64,000 bases of DNA, taken from positions 1 through 64,000 of the forward strand of contig JBGSZS010000011.1 in NCBI GenBank assembly GCA_041750285.1, in the 5' to 3' direction. Positions 1-10,202 of this stretch are shown here, piece by piece. Numbering within the stretch: the stretch's first letter is position 1; every line of letters starts with the position of its first letter. The notes under the pieces are model-generated. The model saw nothing but the letters and a program-made list of their open reading frames with translations, made no database searches and was not told the DNA's origin. This DNA comes from Candidatus Fermentibacteraceae bacterium (GTDB lineage Bacteria; Fermentibacterota; Fermentibacteria; Fermentibacterales; JCC-6). Made by a program: the position numbers and the translations under genes.

Positions 1-118
1 GAATGGAGAGCTGCCATGAACCAGTTTGCGATTATGTTCCCCGACAGATTCAGAATTGCTGGAAGGTAGAAATGCTCAGGCCGGAAACAGCCTCATACAC
101 AAAATTCCTGACAAGCCC
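1..118 (+). mobile_element. 3' end of IS256-family element, copy 1 (partial, runs off window start)
   Basis: Positions 1-118 are the exact reverse complement of 4479-4596. They include the transposase stop TAG (67-69) and the terminal inverted repeat ending ...CCTGACAAGCCC at 118. Confidence 0.95.
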
Positions 119-1220
119 AGGTCAGTTTGCATTCAACCCAATGCATGTTGGGCGCGATGAGGTCTTGCCAATCGCACTTCTGGCTCAAGTTGAGCCCGTG
201 ATCGTCTCCCCAGCCTATGTGGTCTTCAAAACTCTGGACCATAACCTGCTGCTTCCCGAATACCTCATGATGTGGTGTCGCAGACCTGAGTTTGACAGGA
301 ATGCGTGGTTCACGACTGACAACAGTGTGCGCGGAGGATTTAGCTGGCAGAATTTCTGCGACATGGAACTTCCCATCCCCTCCATCGAGAAGCAGCGGGA
401 GATTGTGAAGGAGTATCAGACGGTTGCGGACCGGATTTGGCTGAATGAGCGGCTGAACAAGAAGCTAAAGGAAGCGGCTCAGGCGATCTACACGCAGTGG
501 TTCGTTGATTTCGAGTTCCCCATGACGGCCGAGTATGCGAAGTCCATTAAGCCGGAGCTGAAGGGCCAACCCTACAAGTCCAGCGGCGGCGAGATGGAGG
601 ACAACGATGTACTGGATCGGGAGATCCCGAAAGGGTGGACCGGGGCAGAACTTGGGGAACTGATCACAACTCAATACGGATATACAGCATCGGCTGTTGA
701 GACTCTGTTGGGGCCCAAATTGTTGCGGATCACTGATATATCTAGCGACACGATAAGATGGGACACCGTGCCATACTGTTCGATCGACGAGAAGAACCTT
801 CAGAAGTACGAGTTGCACGAGGGGGATGTGGTGGTCGCACGGACTGGGGCAACCGTCGGATATGCGAAGCAAATCAACAAGCGTCATCCCCAAGCCGTGT
901 TTGCATCCTATCTGATAAGAATGAGGGCGAAGGATGCGCGGTATAATCAGTTCATAGGGCTAACGGTGGTGTCACCGCGTTACCGGGATTACATCAAGAA
1001 TGTTGCGGGCGGATCGGGACAAGAACAGGGCAACGCGCCTTTGCTGCGTGGGTACAAGACAATCGTACCCCCCTCAGACGTGATACCACAGTTCTCGAAG
1101 TTGGTAAAGCGTCTCATTGATTGTGAGGAACTTCGCGAAGTGGAAAACGCGACGCTTCGAAAGCTTTCGAAGCTGCATCTCTCCATGCTAGTCAAGGACA
1201 AGGCGGGTGTTGGGCGATGA
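119..1220 (+). pseudogene. hsdS: Type I RM specificity subunit HsdS, 5'-truncated by IS256 (part of TRD1, central conserved region, TRD2)
   Basis: HsdS motifs PIPSIEKQREIV, AIYTQWFVDFEFP, EIPKGW and GDVVVARTGATVG. The first 39 codons of ORF 3..1220 are IS sequence. The stop overlaps the hsdR start (ATGA). Confidence 0.85.
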
Positions 1221-4200
1221 AGTTCACCGAAGCACAACTCGAAGAATCAATCATCGACCTGCTGAGTAAACAGGGGTATACGCACGTCCTGGGCGAAACG
1301 ATTGTGCGCAGCCCAGAAGAGGTGCTCATCAAGGACGATCTGCGGGAATACATGCAAGAGCGATACGGCGGCGATGGGATCACGGAAGGCGAGATCGAGT
1401 TCATCGTCAACAAGATTGAGCGGTTGCCGGCGTCGGATCTTTACGGAAGCAACAAGGCCGTCATGGGGATGGTGTCCGACGGCTTTCTGCTGAAGCGGGA
1501 GGACCGCAGCCAGAAGGATCTGTTCATCCACCTGATCGACTACTCCCCCGCCGACCGGAACATCTACAAGATCGTGAACCAACTGGAGATTCAGGGATTT
1601 GAGAAGCGGATTCCTGACGGCATCCTTTACATGAATGGGCTGCCGTTGGTGGTTTTCGAGTTCAAGAGCGCGATCCGTGAAGAGGCGACAATCCATGATG
1701 CTTATGTCCAGTTGACCACGCGCTACCGGCGCGACATCCCGGAGCTGCTGAAGTACAACGCGCTGTGCGTGATCAGTGACGGCGTGAACAGCAAGATGGG
1801 TTCCCTCTTTGCCGCGTATGAGTTCTACTATGCTTGGCGCAAAGTCACGGGCGACGAAAAGATCGAACGGGATGGGATCGATTCGCTGTTCACGATGATC
1901 CACGGGCTATTCGACATGGGGAGGCTGCGGGATGTGATCCACAATTTCATCTTCTTCCCGGACAGCTCAAAGAAGGAGGAGAAGATCGTATGCCGCTATC
2001 CGCAGTACTTCGCGGCACGGAAGCTTCTTGCGAGCATTCTGGAGCACCGGCGCCCGGAGGGCAACGGCAAGGGCGGGACGTACTTCGGCGCGACAGGCTG
2101 CGGGAAGAGTTTCACGATGCTGTTCCTGTCGCGCCTGCTGATGAAAAACGAGTCGTTAGCAAGCCCGACGCTTGTACTGATCACGGACCGGACGGACCTG
2201 GACGACCAGCTTTCGCGGCAGTTCACGGGGGCGAAGGGGTATATCGGGGACGAAGAAATCATCAGTGTCGAAAGCCGAGAGGAGCTGCGGACGCGGCTAC
2301 GCGGGCCGGACGAGGTGCCGAACGAGCAGCAGCGGTTGGTTGATGAAGCCGAGACGATCGACGGTGAGCCCGTGGACGTGGCGCTGCCCCATGGGCGTGT
2401 GAGCGGTGGCGTATTCCTGACGACAATTCACAAGTTCACCGAGGACACGCGTCTGCTGACGCGGCGCGATAACGTGGTCTGTATTTCGGATGAGGCGCAC
2501 CGGAGCCAGGTGAACCTTGACCAGAGGATCATGATCACGGAAAACGGTGTGAGGCGGACGTATGGCTTCGCGAAGTATCTCCATGATTCCTTTCCGAATG
2601 CGACGTATGTTGGTTTTACGGGCACACCAATAGACGCAACCCTGGATGTGTTCGGGAAAGTGGTGGATACCTACACGATGGAAGAGTCGGTGAAAGATGA
2701 GATTACCGTGCGCATCGTGTACGAAGGCCGGGCTGCGAAGGTATTGCTGGATAGTGCCAAGCTCAAGGAGATCGAAGATTATTATGCGCAATGCGCCGAT
2801 GATGGCGCGAGCGACTACGCGATAGAGGAGAGCAAGCGGGCCAATGCGCAGATGAACTCGATACTTGCGGACCCCGATCGGATCAAGGCTGTGGCTGAGG
2901 ATTTCGTGAAGCACTACGAGACACGGGTCAGCGAAGGCGCAACGGTAAAGGGCAAGGCGATGTTCGTGTGCAGTAATCGCCCGATTGCCTACATGCTGTA
3001 CAATGAGATCATCGCCCTACGGCCGGAGTGGGCGGAGGTTAAGGTCTGTGAGCAAGGCGAGATGCTGACGACGAAGGAGAAGCGTGAAATCAAGCCGATG
3101 GCGCGGATAAAGATGGTGATGACGCGCGGCAAGGACGATGAGGAAACCCTCTACAAAATGCTCGGGACAAAGGAGTACCGGAAAGAGCTGGACCAGCAGT
3201 TTAAGAACGCAAAGTCAAACTTCAAGATCGCCCTTGTGGTAGACATGTGGCTGACGGGGTTCGATGTGCCGTTTCTCGACACGATCTACATCGATAAGCC
3301 GATTAAGCGCCACAGCCTGATCCAGACGATTTCGCGGGTGAACCGGCGTTATGCGGGGAAGGAAAAGGGGCTGGTCGTCGATTACATAGGGATCAAGACG
3401 CAGATGAACCTCGCGCTGGCCCAGTACGGGAACCTGGGCAACGGTGTGACGATCGAGGAGATCCAGCATGCGGTGGTGCTGGTAAAGGACCACCTCGACC
3501 TGCTGGGCAAAATGTTCCACAGCTTTGATTCCAGACCGTACTTCAGCGGGAATGCGCTGAAGCAGCTCCACTGCCTGAACATGGCGGTTGAGTTTGTCCA
3601 GGTGACCGAGAAGCAGGAAAAACGGTTCATGTACCTGGTGAAGCGGATGAAGGGAGCCTACGACATCTGCTGCAACAGCGATACCTTCACGCATTTGGAG
3701 CGGGATACGATCCATCAATACATCGCGGTGAGGTCGATTGTGTTCAAGTTGACGAAGGGCGACGCGCCGGACTTGGCTCGGATGAACGCGCGGGTGCGGA
3801 AAATGATCGAGGAAGCGATCAAAGCCGACGGCGTGGAAGAGGTGTTCAAACTTGGCGATAGCGGGGAAAGCGAGATAGACCTGTTCGATGACGAGTTTCT
3901 GGAGAAAATCAAGAAGATCAAGCTGCCCAATACGAAGCTAAAACTCCTTCAGAAACTCTTGAAGAAGGCCATCGACGACTTCCGCAAGGTGAACAAGGCG
4001 AAGGGCGCTGACTTCGCAATGATGTTCAAGGCTCTCGTGGACAGGTACAACGATCGCAGAGAGCAGGACGTGCTGATGAGCAACGTCCTGGAGAACTTCA
4101 CCGATGAGATTATCGATCTGTACGAGGCGCTGAAGAAGGAGAAGGCTTCCTTCGCTGACCTGGGCATCGATTTCGAGGAGAAAGCCTTCTACGACATACT

Positions 4201-4465
4201 GAAGGTGATCGCGAAGAAGTATGAGTTCGAGTATCTCGACGAGAAGCTGATCCCCCTCTCCAAGGCGGTGAAGGAGGTTGTGGATGATAAAACAAAGTAC
4301 ACGGACTGGGACAACCGCGAAAACATCAAGGCGGAGTTGAAAGTGGATTTGATTATGCTGCTGGCGGAGAACGAGTATCCCCCGATTACGCATGACGAGG
4401 TTTACAAGGAGATATTCGAGCAGGCACAGAACTTCAAGAAGTATCGAAATGAAACGAGAGGCTAA
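1217..4465 (+). CDS. hsdR: Type I restriction endonuclease subunit R (1082 aa)
   Basis: PD-(D/E)xK nuclease motif IPDGILYMNGLPLVVFEFK, Walker A ATGCGKS, DEAH box, FTGTP, MWLTGFD and QTISRVNR helicase motifs. Confidence 0.95.
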   Translation: MKFTEAQLEESIIDLLSKQGYTHVLGETIVRSPEEVLIKDDLREYMQERYGGDGITEGEIEFIVNKIERLPASDLYGSNKAVMGMVSDGFLLKREDRSQKDLFIHLIDYSPADRNIYKIVNQLEIQGFEKRIPDGILYMNGLPLVVFEFKSAIREEATIHDAYVQLTTRYRRDIPELLKYNALCVISDGVNSKMGSLFAAYEFYYAWRKVTGDEKIERDGIDSLFTMIHGLFDMGRLRDVIHNFIFFPDSSKKEEKIVCRYPQYFAARKLLASILEHRRPEGNGKGGTYFGATGCGKSFTMLFLSRLLMKNESLASPTLVLITDRTDLDDQLSRQFTGAKGYIGDEEIISVESREELRTRLRGPDEVPNEQQRLVDEAETIDGEPVDVALPHGRVSGGVFLTTIHKFTEDTRLLTRRDNVVCISDEAHRSQVNLDQRIMITENGVRRTYGFAKYLHDSFPNATYVGFTGTPIDATLDVFGKVVDTYTMEESVKDEITVRIVYEGRAAKVLLDSAKLKEIEDYYAQCADDGASDYAIEESKRANAQMNSILADPDRIKAVAEDFVKHYETRVSEGATVKGKAMFVCSNRPIAYMLYNEIIALRPEWAEVKVCEQGEMLTTKEKREIKPMARIKMVMTRGKDDEETLYKMLGTKEYRKELDQQFKNAKSNFKIALVVDMWLTGFDVPFLDTIYIDKPIKRHSLIQTISRVNRRYAGKEKGLVVDYIGIKTQMNLALAQYGNLGNGVTIEEIQHAVVLVKDHLDLLGKMFHSFDSRPYFSGNALKQLHCLNMAVEFVQVTEKQEKRFMYLVKRMKGAYDICCNSDTFTHLERDTIHQYIAVRSIVFKLTKGDAPDLARMNARVRKMIEEAIKADGVEEVFKLGDSGESEIDLFDDEFLEKIKKIKLPNTKLKLLQKLLKKAIDDFRKVNKAKGADFAMMFKALVDRYNDRREQDVLMSNVLENFTDEIIDLYEALKKEKASFADLGIDFEEKAFYDILKVIAKKYEFEYLDEKLIPLSKAVKEVVDDKTKYTDWDNRENIKAELKVDLIMLLAENEYPPITHDEVYKEIFEQAQNFKKYRNETRG

Positions 4466-4478
4466 CAAGGCGCTGCAC

Positions 4479-5846
4479 GGGCTTGTCAGGAATTTTGTGT
4501 ATGAGGCTGTTTCCGGCCTGAGCATTTCTACCTTCCAGCAATTCTGAATCTGTCGGGGAACATAATCGCAAACTGGTTCATGGCAGCTCTCCATTCCCGG
4601 GTGGGACTCCCCCAATCCACCGTGATGTTGCGCAAGGCAAGCCATAGCAGCTTCAGGGCTGCATCATCGCTTGGGAAGTGCCCCCGAGTTTTAATCACCC
4701 TGCGAAGCCTCATGTTAAGACTCTCGATGGCGTTGGTCGTGTAGATGATCTTCCGGATCTCCATGGGAAATGCGAAGAAGGTTCGAACCTGCTCCCAGGA
4801 CCTTCGCCAGGAGGCCGGAATGGTGGGGTATTTGGCCCCCCATGGACTATCCTCGAAGGCTTCAAGAGACCTGAGGGCGTCTTCTTCCGTTGCAGAGGTG
4901 TAAACCGGCCTCAGGGCCTTCATGAGCGTCTTCCTGTCCTTCCAGTTCACAAAAGCCAGGCTGTTCCTGATGAGATGCACTATGCAGGTCTGAACCATTG
5001 CCAGGGGAAACGCCGCCCCGATAGCCTCCGGAAATCCCTTCAAACCATCCACCACAACGATCAGAATGTCTTCAAGACCACGGTTGCGAAGCTCGTTGAA
5101 AACCTTCAACCAGAACTTCGCCCCTTCGCTCTGTTCGATCCACAGACCCAGGATGTCCCGGCTCCCGTCTGGTAGAACCCCGAGAGCCACATAAACTGCC
5201 TTGTTCTTTACAGTTCCCTCGTCACGGATCTTTGCCCGAAGACAGTCGAAGAACACCACCGCATACAAAGGCTCCAGAGGTCGGCTCTGCCATTCGCGGA
5301 CCTCTTCCATCACCTCTTCCGTAACAGTGCTGATCAACTGCGGAGATACATCGACCCCGTACATCTCCAACAGATGCTTTTGAATGTCTCGAACCGTCAT
5401 ACCACGAGCGTAAAGGGCTATGATCCGGTCGTCGAAGCCGGTGAATCGACGCTCATGCTTCCCGATAAGTTGTGGTTCGAATGTCCCGGCACGATCCCGG
5501 GGAGTCTCAAGATGAAGTGGCCCTTCATCCGTCAAAACCGTCTTCGATGACTTGCCATTCCTGGTGTTCTCGGAGCCTTCGGGCGGGGCTTCACCGTGGG
5601 CATACCCCAGATGATCCGTCAGCTCGGCGCCCAGAGCCCGTTCCAGAAGCCTCTTCTTCAACTCCCGGAACATTCCGTCAAATCCTTCCCGGCTCATCGG
5701 ACCCGGGATTAACTCGTCAAGCAACTCAGGACTGATCCTGATCTTCTCTTCCGATGAATCAGATTCAACACGTTTCCGTCCTCGAGGCATAAGCGCTCCT
5801 CCCTTGGTAGCATTTATGCCTCATACACAAAAATCTGGATAGGCCC
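4479..5846 (-). mobile_element. IS256-family insertion sequence, copy 2 (complete, 1368 bp)
   Basis: 29-bp imperfect terminal inverted repeats GGGCCTATCCAGATTTTTGTGTATGAGGC / GGGCTTGTCAGGAATTTTGTGTATGAGGC around one transposase. The flanks CGCTGCAC and TGACTCGA are not a target-site duplication. Confidence 0.95.
4528..5790 (-). CDS. IS256-family (Mutator-type) DDE transposase (420 aa)
   Basis: Motifs PRDRAGTFEPQ, LYARGMTVRDI, VVDGLKGF, QTCIVH and YTTNAIES. RBS GGGAGG upstream. Confidence 0.97.
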   Translation of the reverse strand: MPRGRKRVESDSSEEKIRISPELLDELIPGPMSREGFDGMFRELKKRLLERALGAELTDHLGYAHGEAPPEGSENTRNGKSSKTVLTDEGPLHLETPRDRAGTFEPQLIGKHERRFTGFDDRIIALYARGMTVRDIQKHLLEMYGVDVSPQLISTVTEEVMEEVREWQSRPLEPLYAVVFFDCLRAKIRDEGTVKNKAVYVALGVLPDGSRDILGLWIEQSEGAKFWLKVFNELRNRGLEDILIVVVDGLKGFPEAIGAAFPLAMVQTCIVHLIRNSLAFVNWKDRKTLMKALRPVYTSATEEDALRSLEAFEDSPWGAKYPTIPASWRRSWEQVRTFFAFPMEIRKIIYTTNAIESLNMRLRRVIKTRGHFPSDDAALKLLWLALRNITVDWGSPTREWRAAMNQFAIMFPDRFRIAGR

Positions 5847-6149
5847 TGACTCGAAAGAAGTTGGCTCATCCACCTCGAGAACAAAGCTACACTTGCCAGC
5901 GCCTTCCGCAACCAACGAACGACGAGCGAAGAGCAGATCACCGGGCGCAAGCAGAAAGCGCGCAGCCTCGGATTCCGAAAGTTCCACTCTCTTCATGGGT
6001 ACAGCCCTAAGCCTCGGGTGGGCGAACAGCTCGCCCATGTTCACCATTTTGGCCCCTCGGCCGTGGAACTCTTTTTTCTTATAGATACCGTTTCGAACGG
6101 GCTCCCTCAGGAAGGTCTCGAAACGAGCCTTCATCCACTCACTCCCCAT
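5847..6149 (-). pseudogene. hsdS: 5' fragment (101 codons) of a second hsdS, interrupted by IS256
   Basis: The start overlaps the hsdM stop. TRD-like sequence MGSEW...NGIYKKKEFHG...GDLLFARRS...TSFES then runs into the IS inverted repeat. Confidence 0.85.
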
Positions 6150-7740
6150 ACCCCAGCCCCTTCAGGTTCTCCTCAATGGCGGCATCCAACTTCCGTCCTT
6201 CTGCCATCTGCTCCCTGAGCTGGGCAGTGAGCCTCTGCATCTTCTCATCAAAGGGCTCCCCGTCATCCTCCTGGGCTTCAGCACCCACATACCTTCCCGG
6301 GGTGAGAACATGCCCGTGCTTCCGGATCTCTTCTATTCCTGTACTCTTGCAGAAGCCAGCCACATCCTCATAAGCCTTTTCGTACGCCTTGTCGCCCCGC
6401 CAGACATGATAGGTGTCCGCGATCTTACCTATGTCTTCAGCGGTCAACTCCCGGTGGGTGCGGTCCATCATGGTGCCGAGTTTCCGTGCGTCGATAAAGA
6501 GGGTTTCACCCCGCCTGTCCCTGAAACGTCCGTTGCCCTTGCTCCTGGCGATGAACCAGAGGCAGACCGGGATCTGGGTTGAGTAGAAGAGCTGCCCGGG
6601 AAGGGCCACCATGCAGTCCACCAGGTCAGCCTCGATGATGTTTCTTCGGATCTCGCCCTCCCCGGACTGGTTGGAGGACATGGAGCCGTTGGCAAGAACG
6701 TATCCCGCGAAACCGTCCGGTGCAAGGTGATGAATGAAGTGCTGCACCCAGGCGAAGTTGGCGTTGGAATCCGGTGGTATGCCGTAAACCCAGCGCTTAT
6801 CGTCCCGGAGAAGGTGGCCCTGCCAGTTGCTGTCGTTGAATGGAGGATTGGCCAGCACGATGTCGGCCTTCAGATCCGGATGAAGGTCACGGTGGAAGCT
6901 GTCTGCCTGTTCAGTTCCGAGGTTGCTGTCTATGCCCCGGATAGCCAGGTTCATCTTGGCAAGGCGCCAAGTCGTGTGGTTGGACTCCTGGCCGTAGATG
7001 CTGATGTCTCCAAGCCTGCCTCCGTGATCCTCGATGAACTTTTCAGACTGCACGAACATCCCCCCGGAACCGCAGCAGGGGTCGTACACCCGGCACTTGA
7101 AAGGGGTGAGCATCTCCACTAGGACACGGACGATGCTTCGAGGCGTATAGAACTGCCCGCCCTTCTTGCCCTCGGCACTGGCAAACTGGGAGAGGAAGTA
7201 CTCGTAGACTCTGCCGAGAATATCCTTGGAGCGGTTCTCCCGGTCCCCTAGACCGATGTTCCCCACAAGGTCGATGAGCTGCCCCAGGGACTGCTTATCG
7301 AGGTTCTGCCCGGTGAAGACCTTCGGGAGGGTGCCACGAAGACCAGGGTTGTCTCTCTCAATGGCGATCATGGCATCGTCAATGATCTTGCCGATGGTGG
7401 GCTGCTTGGCATTGGCTTTCAGGTTGGCCCAGCGTGCTTCCCGGGGAACCCAGAAGATATTGTGGCATCTGTATTCGTCCGGGTCATCGAGGAGCCTTGA
7501 TACGGAGTCGGCGCGGTTCAGAACCTGAGGGGGAAGGTAGTAGTCGTTCTTGGGGTCATCAACAGCAGACCTCAGGTACTCCTGGCGTTCCGAGAAGGAG
7601 TCGGAGATGTACTTGAGGAAGATGAGTCCGAGGACAACGTGCTTGTACTCAGCGGCGTCCATGTTGGAGCGGAGAACGTCCGCAGCCTTCCAGAGTTCAC
7701 CCTCGAAACCGAGATTTGCCCCGTTGGTTTGTTTCGCCAT
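6139..7740 (-). CDS. hsdM: Type I RM N6-adenine methyltransferase subunit M (533 aa)
   Basis: [28 protein letters not shown]-binding DPCCGSGG and catalytic NPPF. Start moved to ATG 7740, which has a GGAGAGG RBS. Confidence 0.95.
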   Translation of the reverse strand: MAKQTNGANLGFEGELWKAADVLRSNMDAAEYKHVVLGLIFLKYISDSFSERQEYLRSAVDDPKNDYYLPPQVLNRADSVSRLLDDPDEYRCHNIFWVPREARWANLKANAKQPTIGKIIDDAMIAIERDNPGLRGTLPKVFTGQNLDKQSLGQLIDLVGNIGLGDRENRSKDILGRVYEYFLSQFASAEGKKGGQFYTPRSIVRVLVEMLTPFKCRVYDPCCGSGGMFVQSEKFIEDHGGRLGDISIYGQESNHTTWRLAKMNLAIRGIDSNLGTEQADSFHRDLHPDLKADIVLANPPFNDSNWQGHLLRDDKRWVYGIPPDSNANFAWVQHFIHHLAPDGFAGYVLANGSMSSNQSGEGEIRRNIIEADLVDCMVALPGQLFYSTQIPVCLWFIARSKGNGRFRDRRGETLFIDARKLGTMMDRTHRELTAEDIGKIADTYHVWRGDKAYEKAYEDVAGFCKSTGIEEIRKHGHVLTPGRYVGAEAQEDDGEPFDEKMQRLTAQLREQMAEGRKLDAAIEENLKGLGYGE

Positions 7741-8031
7741 GCGCCGACCCTCTCCATGGAACCACCGGGCATTGCCCTTCAATTACTGTTACGTTGAAGA
7801 GGGTGTCCCGGCATGCTGCGGATACAGGAAGTAAAGCTAACCAACAAGCCGGGGCACGGCAATAGCTGTCTATGGCCCCTGGCTGGTTGGTGTCGGGAGC
7901 GGGGAGGTGTGGATGCCGAAGTGAGAATGCCGTCCAGGGGCAGGCAACGTCGTCGCCGCACTACCGCCGTCAATCTCCCCGGCCAGGAGCACACTCAGCC
8001 ACAGGAACAGCCGTCTCATGGGCGTTCCTCC

Positions 8032-9774
8032 TCATGCCATGCAAGCAGCAGAAGCAAGCTCCGTGGGAACGTGCACTTCTCTCGCAGCATCGCTGAGGAC
8101 GACGCTCTCCATTGAAGGCTGGCTCAACGCTTTTCCCTTACGGCTCACCCTGCTGGAGCAGCCGCAGCTCTTGGACATGCCCGAGTAAAGGTTGTCCATT
8201 CTGACCTTCCGTTCGGTTCCGCATTGACAGCGGCAAAGGATCTTTCCCTTCCTTTTCTTCCCGGGGTCGTTTTCCAAAGCCGTCCAGGAGCCGAAGACCA
8301 TGCCTGCCCTCAGGGGTCTATCGTTCGTGTGATCGGGTTCGGGGTAGACATGCTCCTTCGTACCGAGACTTGCGGCCACGCGCGTCCGTTTCGGTGTATC
8401 GCACTCGAAGTAGGCCTCGCTGGGTTCGGTAGCCGGGTAGGGGTCATGTTCTTTTTCTGGAAAGCTCGCGTTCTGGGAGCTAGCGTCTTGGCATGCAACG
8501 ATTTCCTGCGGATCATAGTCTGGTGGGTTGCCTGCGCTGGTCAATGGTATCGGAAGATACAGCCGGCTGTTGTTATCCTGTTGAAAGCCGTCCTGAGTGA
8601 AGCTGTCAGGCGAGTCGGGGTGGATTCCGGCTATCCGGCAGTATTCCTGGTACTCCTCCGTTACATAATAGTAATCAGCGGTCTTCTTTCTGAAAACCGT
8701 GATCACCCCCAGGGAAGTCAGCTCAGAAAGGGTTCTTCGAGTGGAAGCGTTCTTTAAGCGAAGGATCTCGGCCACCTCGAAGACCTTCAATCCAGGATTC
8801 GCCAGAATCGTTTTGAACACCGAACACCGTATAGGCAGCATGCTGGATAGGGCAATGTGGATGATGCTCTCCCAGGCTTCGTGGAGGAGGAGGCCTAAGT
8901 CAAGATGCCCCTGTAACAGCGCTCTGAGCTGGAGACTCATTCGGGAAGGGCCCTCGACCTGCGGAATGGAACCTACCTCCCCGGAGCTGTCACGGTCGAC
9001 TGCGCTCCGGCATGCAGAGGCGACCGTTGAAAGCGCCGCGATTCGATAGAGTGCCTCATCGGGCAGCTGAGGCATCAGAGTGTCCAAAGGCACGCTAACC
9101 GCACTGAGGAAGGTTGTGGTCTCCTCGATGAGTGCAGCGCGGGTTTCTGCGAGCTCCTTCCTCTGCAATGCCAGCAGTGCCTGCCGATAGCTCAAGCGAT
9201 TGTCGCCGCTCATTCGGATCAACAACGCCCGGTCGCCCATGGTCGCATTCACGAGGTGGCATCGGTCGATCGCCGGGGTCACGCATCCGATCATGCCGAT
9301 CTGCCCCTTCCACTCGGGCTGAATGCCTCCGTTGCTCCCAAGCGCCCGGCAGAGCTCGCCGTCGTAAACATCGCGGAAGAGGGAGAGAATCTGGACCAGT
9401 TGGGCGTGGTTCATGTCCATGATGACGGTAAAGTCACGGATCACAAGAACACCGCGGCTTCCGATGCGGTGCAGTAGGCCGGATGGTCGGCCTTGATCAC
9501 GTGCGGATGACGATCCTGGCAGAAGGGCTGCAGGCGTCAGAGCGTCGACGAAGTGGCAGTCAAAAAGGCCTGATAGAAGCCGGACGAGCTCGGTCTTGCC
9601 GTTTGACGGCGGGCCGACGATCAGAAGCCAAGTGGGGAAACCCAGGTAGCGGTTGGCGAGGTAAGTGGCGAGAATGGAGCGAAGGTAGAGTGCCTTATCA
9701 AGGCAGAGGTAAGACTGAACAAGACCCTCGAGCTTCAGGAGAGCTCTTCTTGCGGATTCGTTGTAAGAAAACAT
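8032..9774 (-). CDS. P-loop ATPase/helicase-like replication protein with winged HTH and C-terminal CxCxCG...SCGC domain (580 aa)
   Basis: Walker A GPPSNGKT, Walker B-like VLVIRDF, YDG and a putative Arg finger (GDR), as in MCM-like AAA+ proteins of phages. wHTH-like EVAEILRLKNASTRRTLSEL. Cys domain at ~8158-8304. RBS GAGGAG. Confidence 0.65.
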   Translation of the reverse strand: MFSYNESARRALLKLEGLVQSYLCLDKALYLRSILATYLANRYLGFPTWLLIVGPPSNGKTELVRLLSGLFDCHFVDALTPAALLPGSSSARDQGRPSGLLHRIGSRGVLVIRDFTVIMDMNHAQLVQILSLFRDVYDGELCRALGSNGGIQPEWKGQIGMIGCVTPAIDRCHLVNATMGDRALLIRMSGDNRLSYRQALLALQRKELAETRAALIEETTTFLSAVSVPLDTLMPQLPDEALYRIAALSTVASACRSAVDRDSSGEVGSIPQVEGPSRMSLQLRALLQGHLDLGLLLHEAWESIIHIALSSMLPIRCSVFKTILANPGLKVFEVAEILRLKNASTRRTLSELTSLGVITVFRKKTADYYYVTEEYQEYCRIAGIHPDSPDSFTQDGFQQDNNSRLYLPIPLTSAGNPPDYDPQEIVACQDASSQNASFPEKEHDPYPATEPSEAYFECDTPKRTRVAASLGTKEHVYPEPDHTNDRPLRAGMVFGSWTALENDPGKKRKGKILCRCQCGTERKVRMDNLYSGMSKSCGCSSRVSRKGKALSQPSMESVVLSDAAREVHVPTELASAACMA

Positions 9775-10202
9775 GGATAACTCCTCTAATGGGCGAGCGC
9801 GTCGCCCTATACATTTTCAAAGTGGGTTTCATCAATACCGCCCTTTTCAATCTGCAATGTATTGACATACATCGCTTTGCTTTTGTACCGTTCTGTGATA
9901 CTGAGATTGTCAGCCACGAACGGGTCTATACAGAGCTTTTTGGCAGCCTATCTATCCTTGGCTGCACACCTCTTGTTATGGTCCCATGCCTTGCCTCCGT
10001 TTCCAGCTCTACTATATTAGTACAATGATAAACATAAACTCATCGCTTTCAGTTGTACCTGACTTTTTCGAGGTGAGCGACTGCATGAAAAATACAGCCT
10101 TTCTGCGGTGGGCGCTACCCTCCGGTGCACTGCCTTTGTCGGAAGCCCCATGAAATGGGCCTTTACAGTTATCCGGGAGCGCAGAGAGAAACCGGAAACA
10201 CC

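Noticed and set aside
3..1220. 405-aa ORF as an intact HsdS
   Set aside because: Its first 39 codons are IS256 sequence (identical to the reverse complement of 4479-4596), so the native 5' end is missing.
3938..4645. 235-aa minus-strand ORF sharing an N-terminus with ORF 3..1220
   Set aside because: It is the IS end reading into the antisense strand of hsdR, not a paralogous gene.
119..6149. Simple IS-mediated inversion that split a single hsdS into 5847-6149 and 119-1220
   Set aside because: Re-inverting gives flanks ACTGACCT and TGACTCGA, which are not a duplication. The two fragments also cover overlapping equivalent parts of TRD1 (GDLLFARR vs GQFAFNPM), so they come from different genes.
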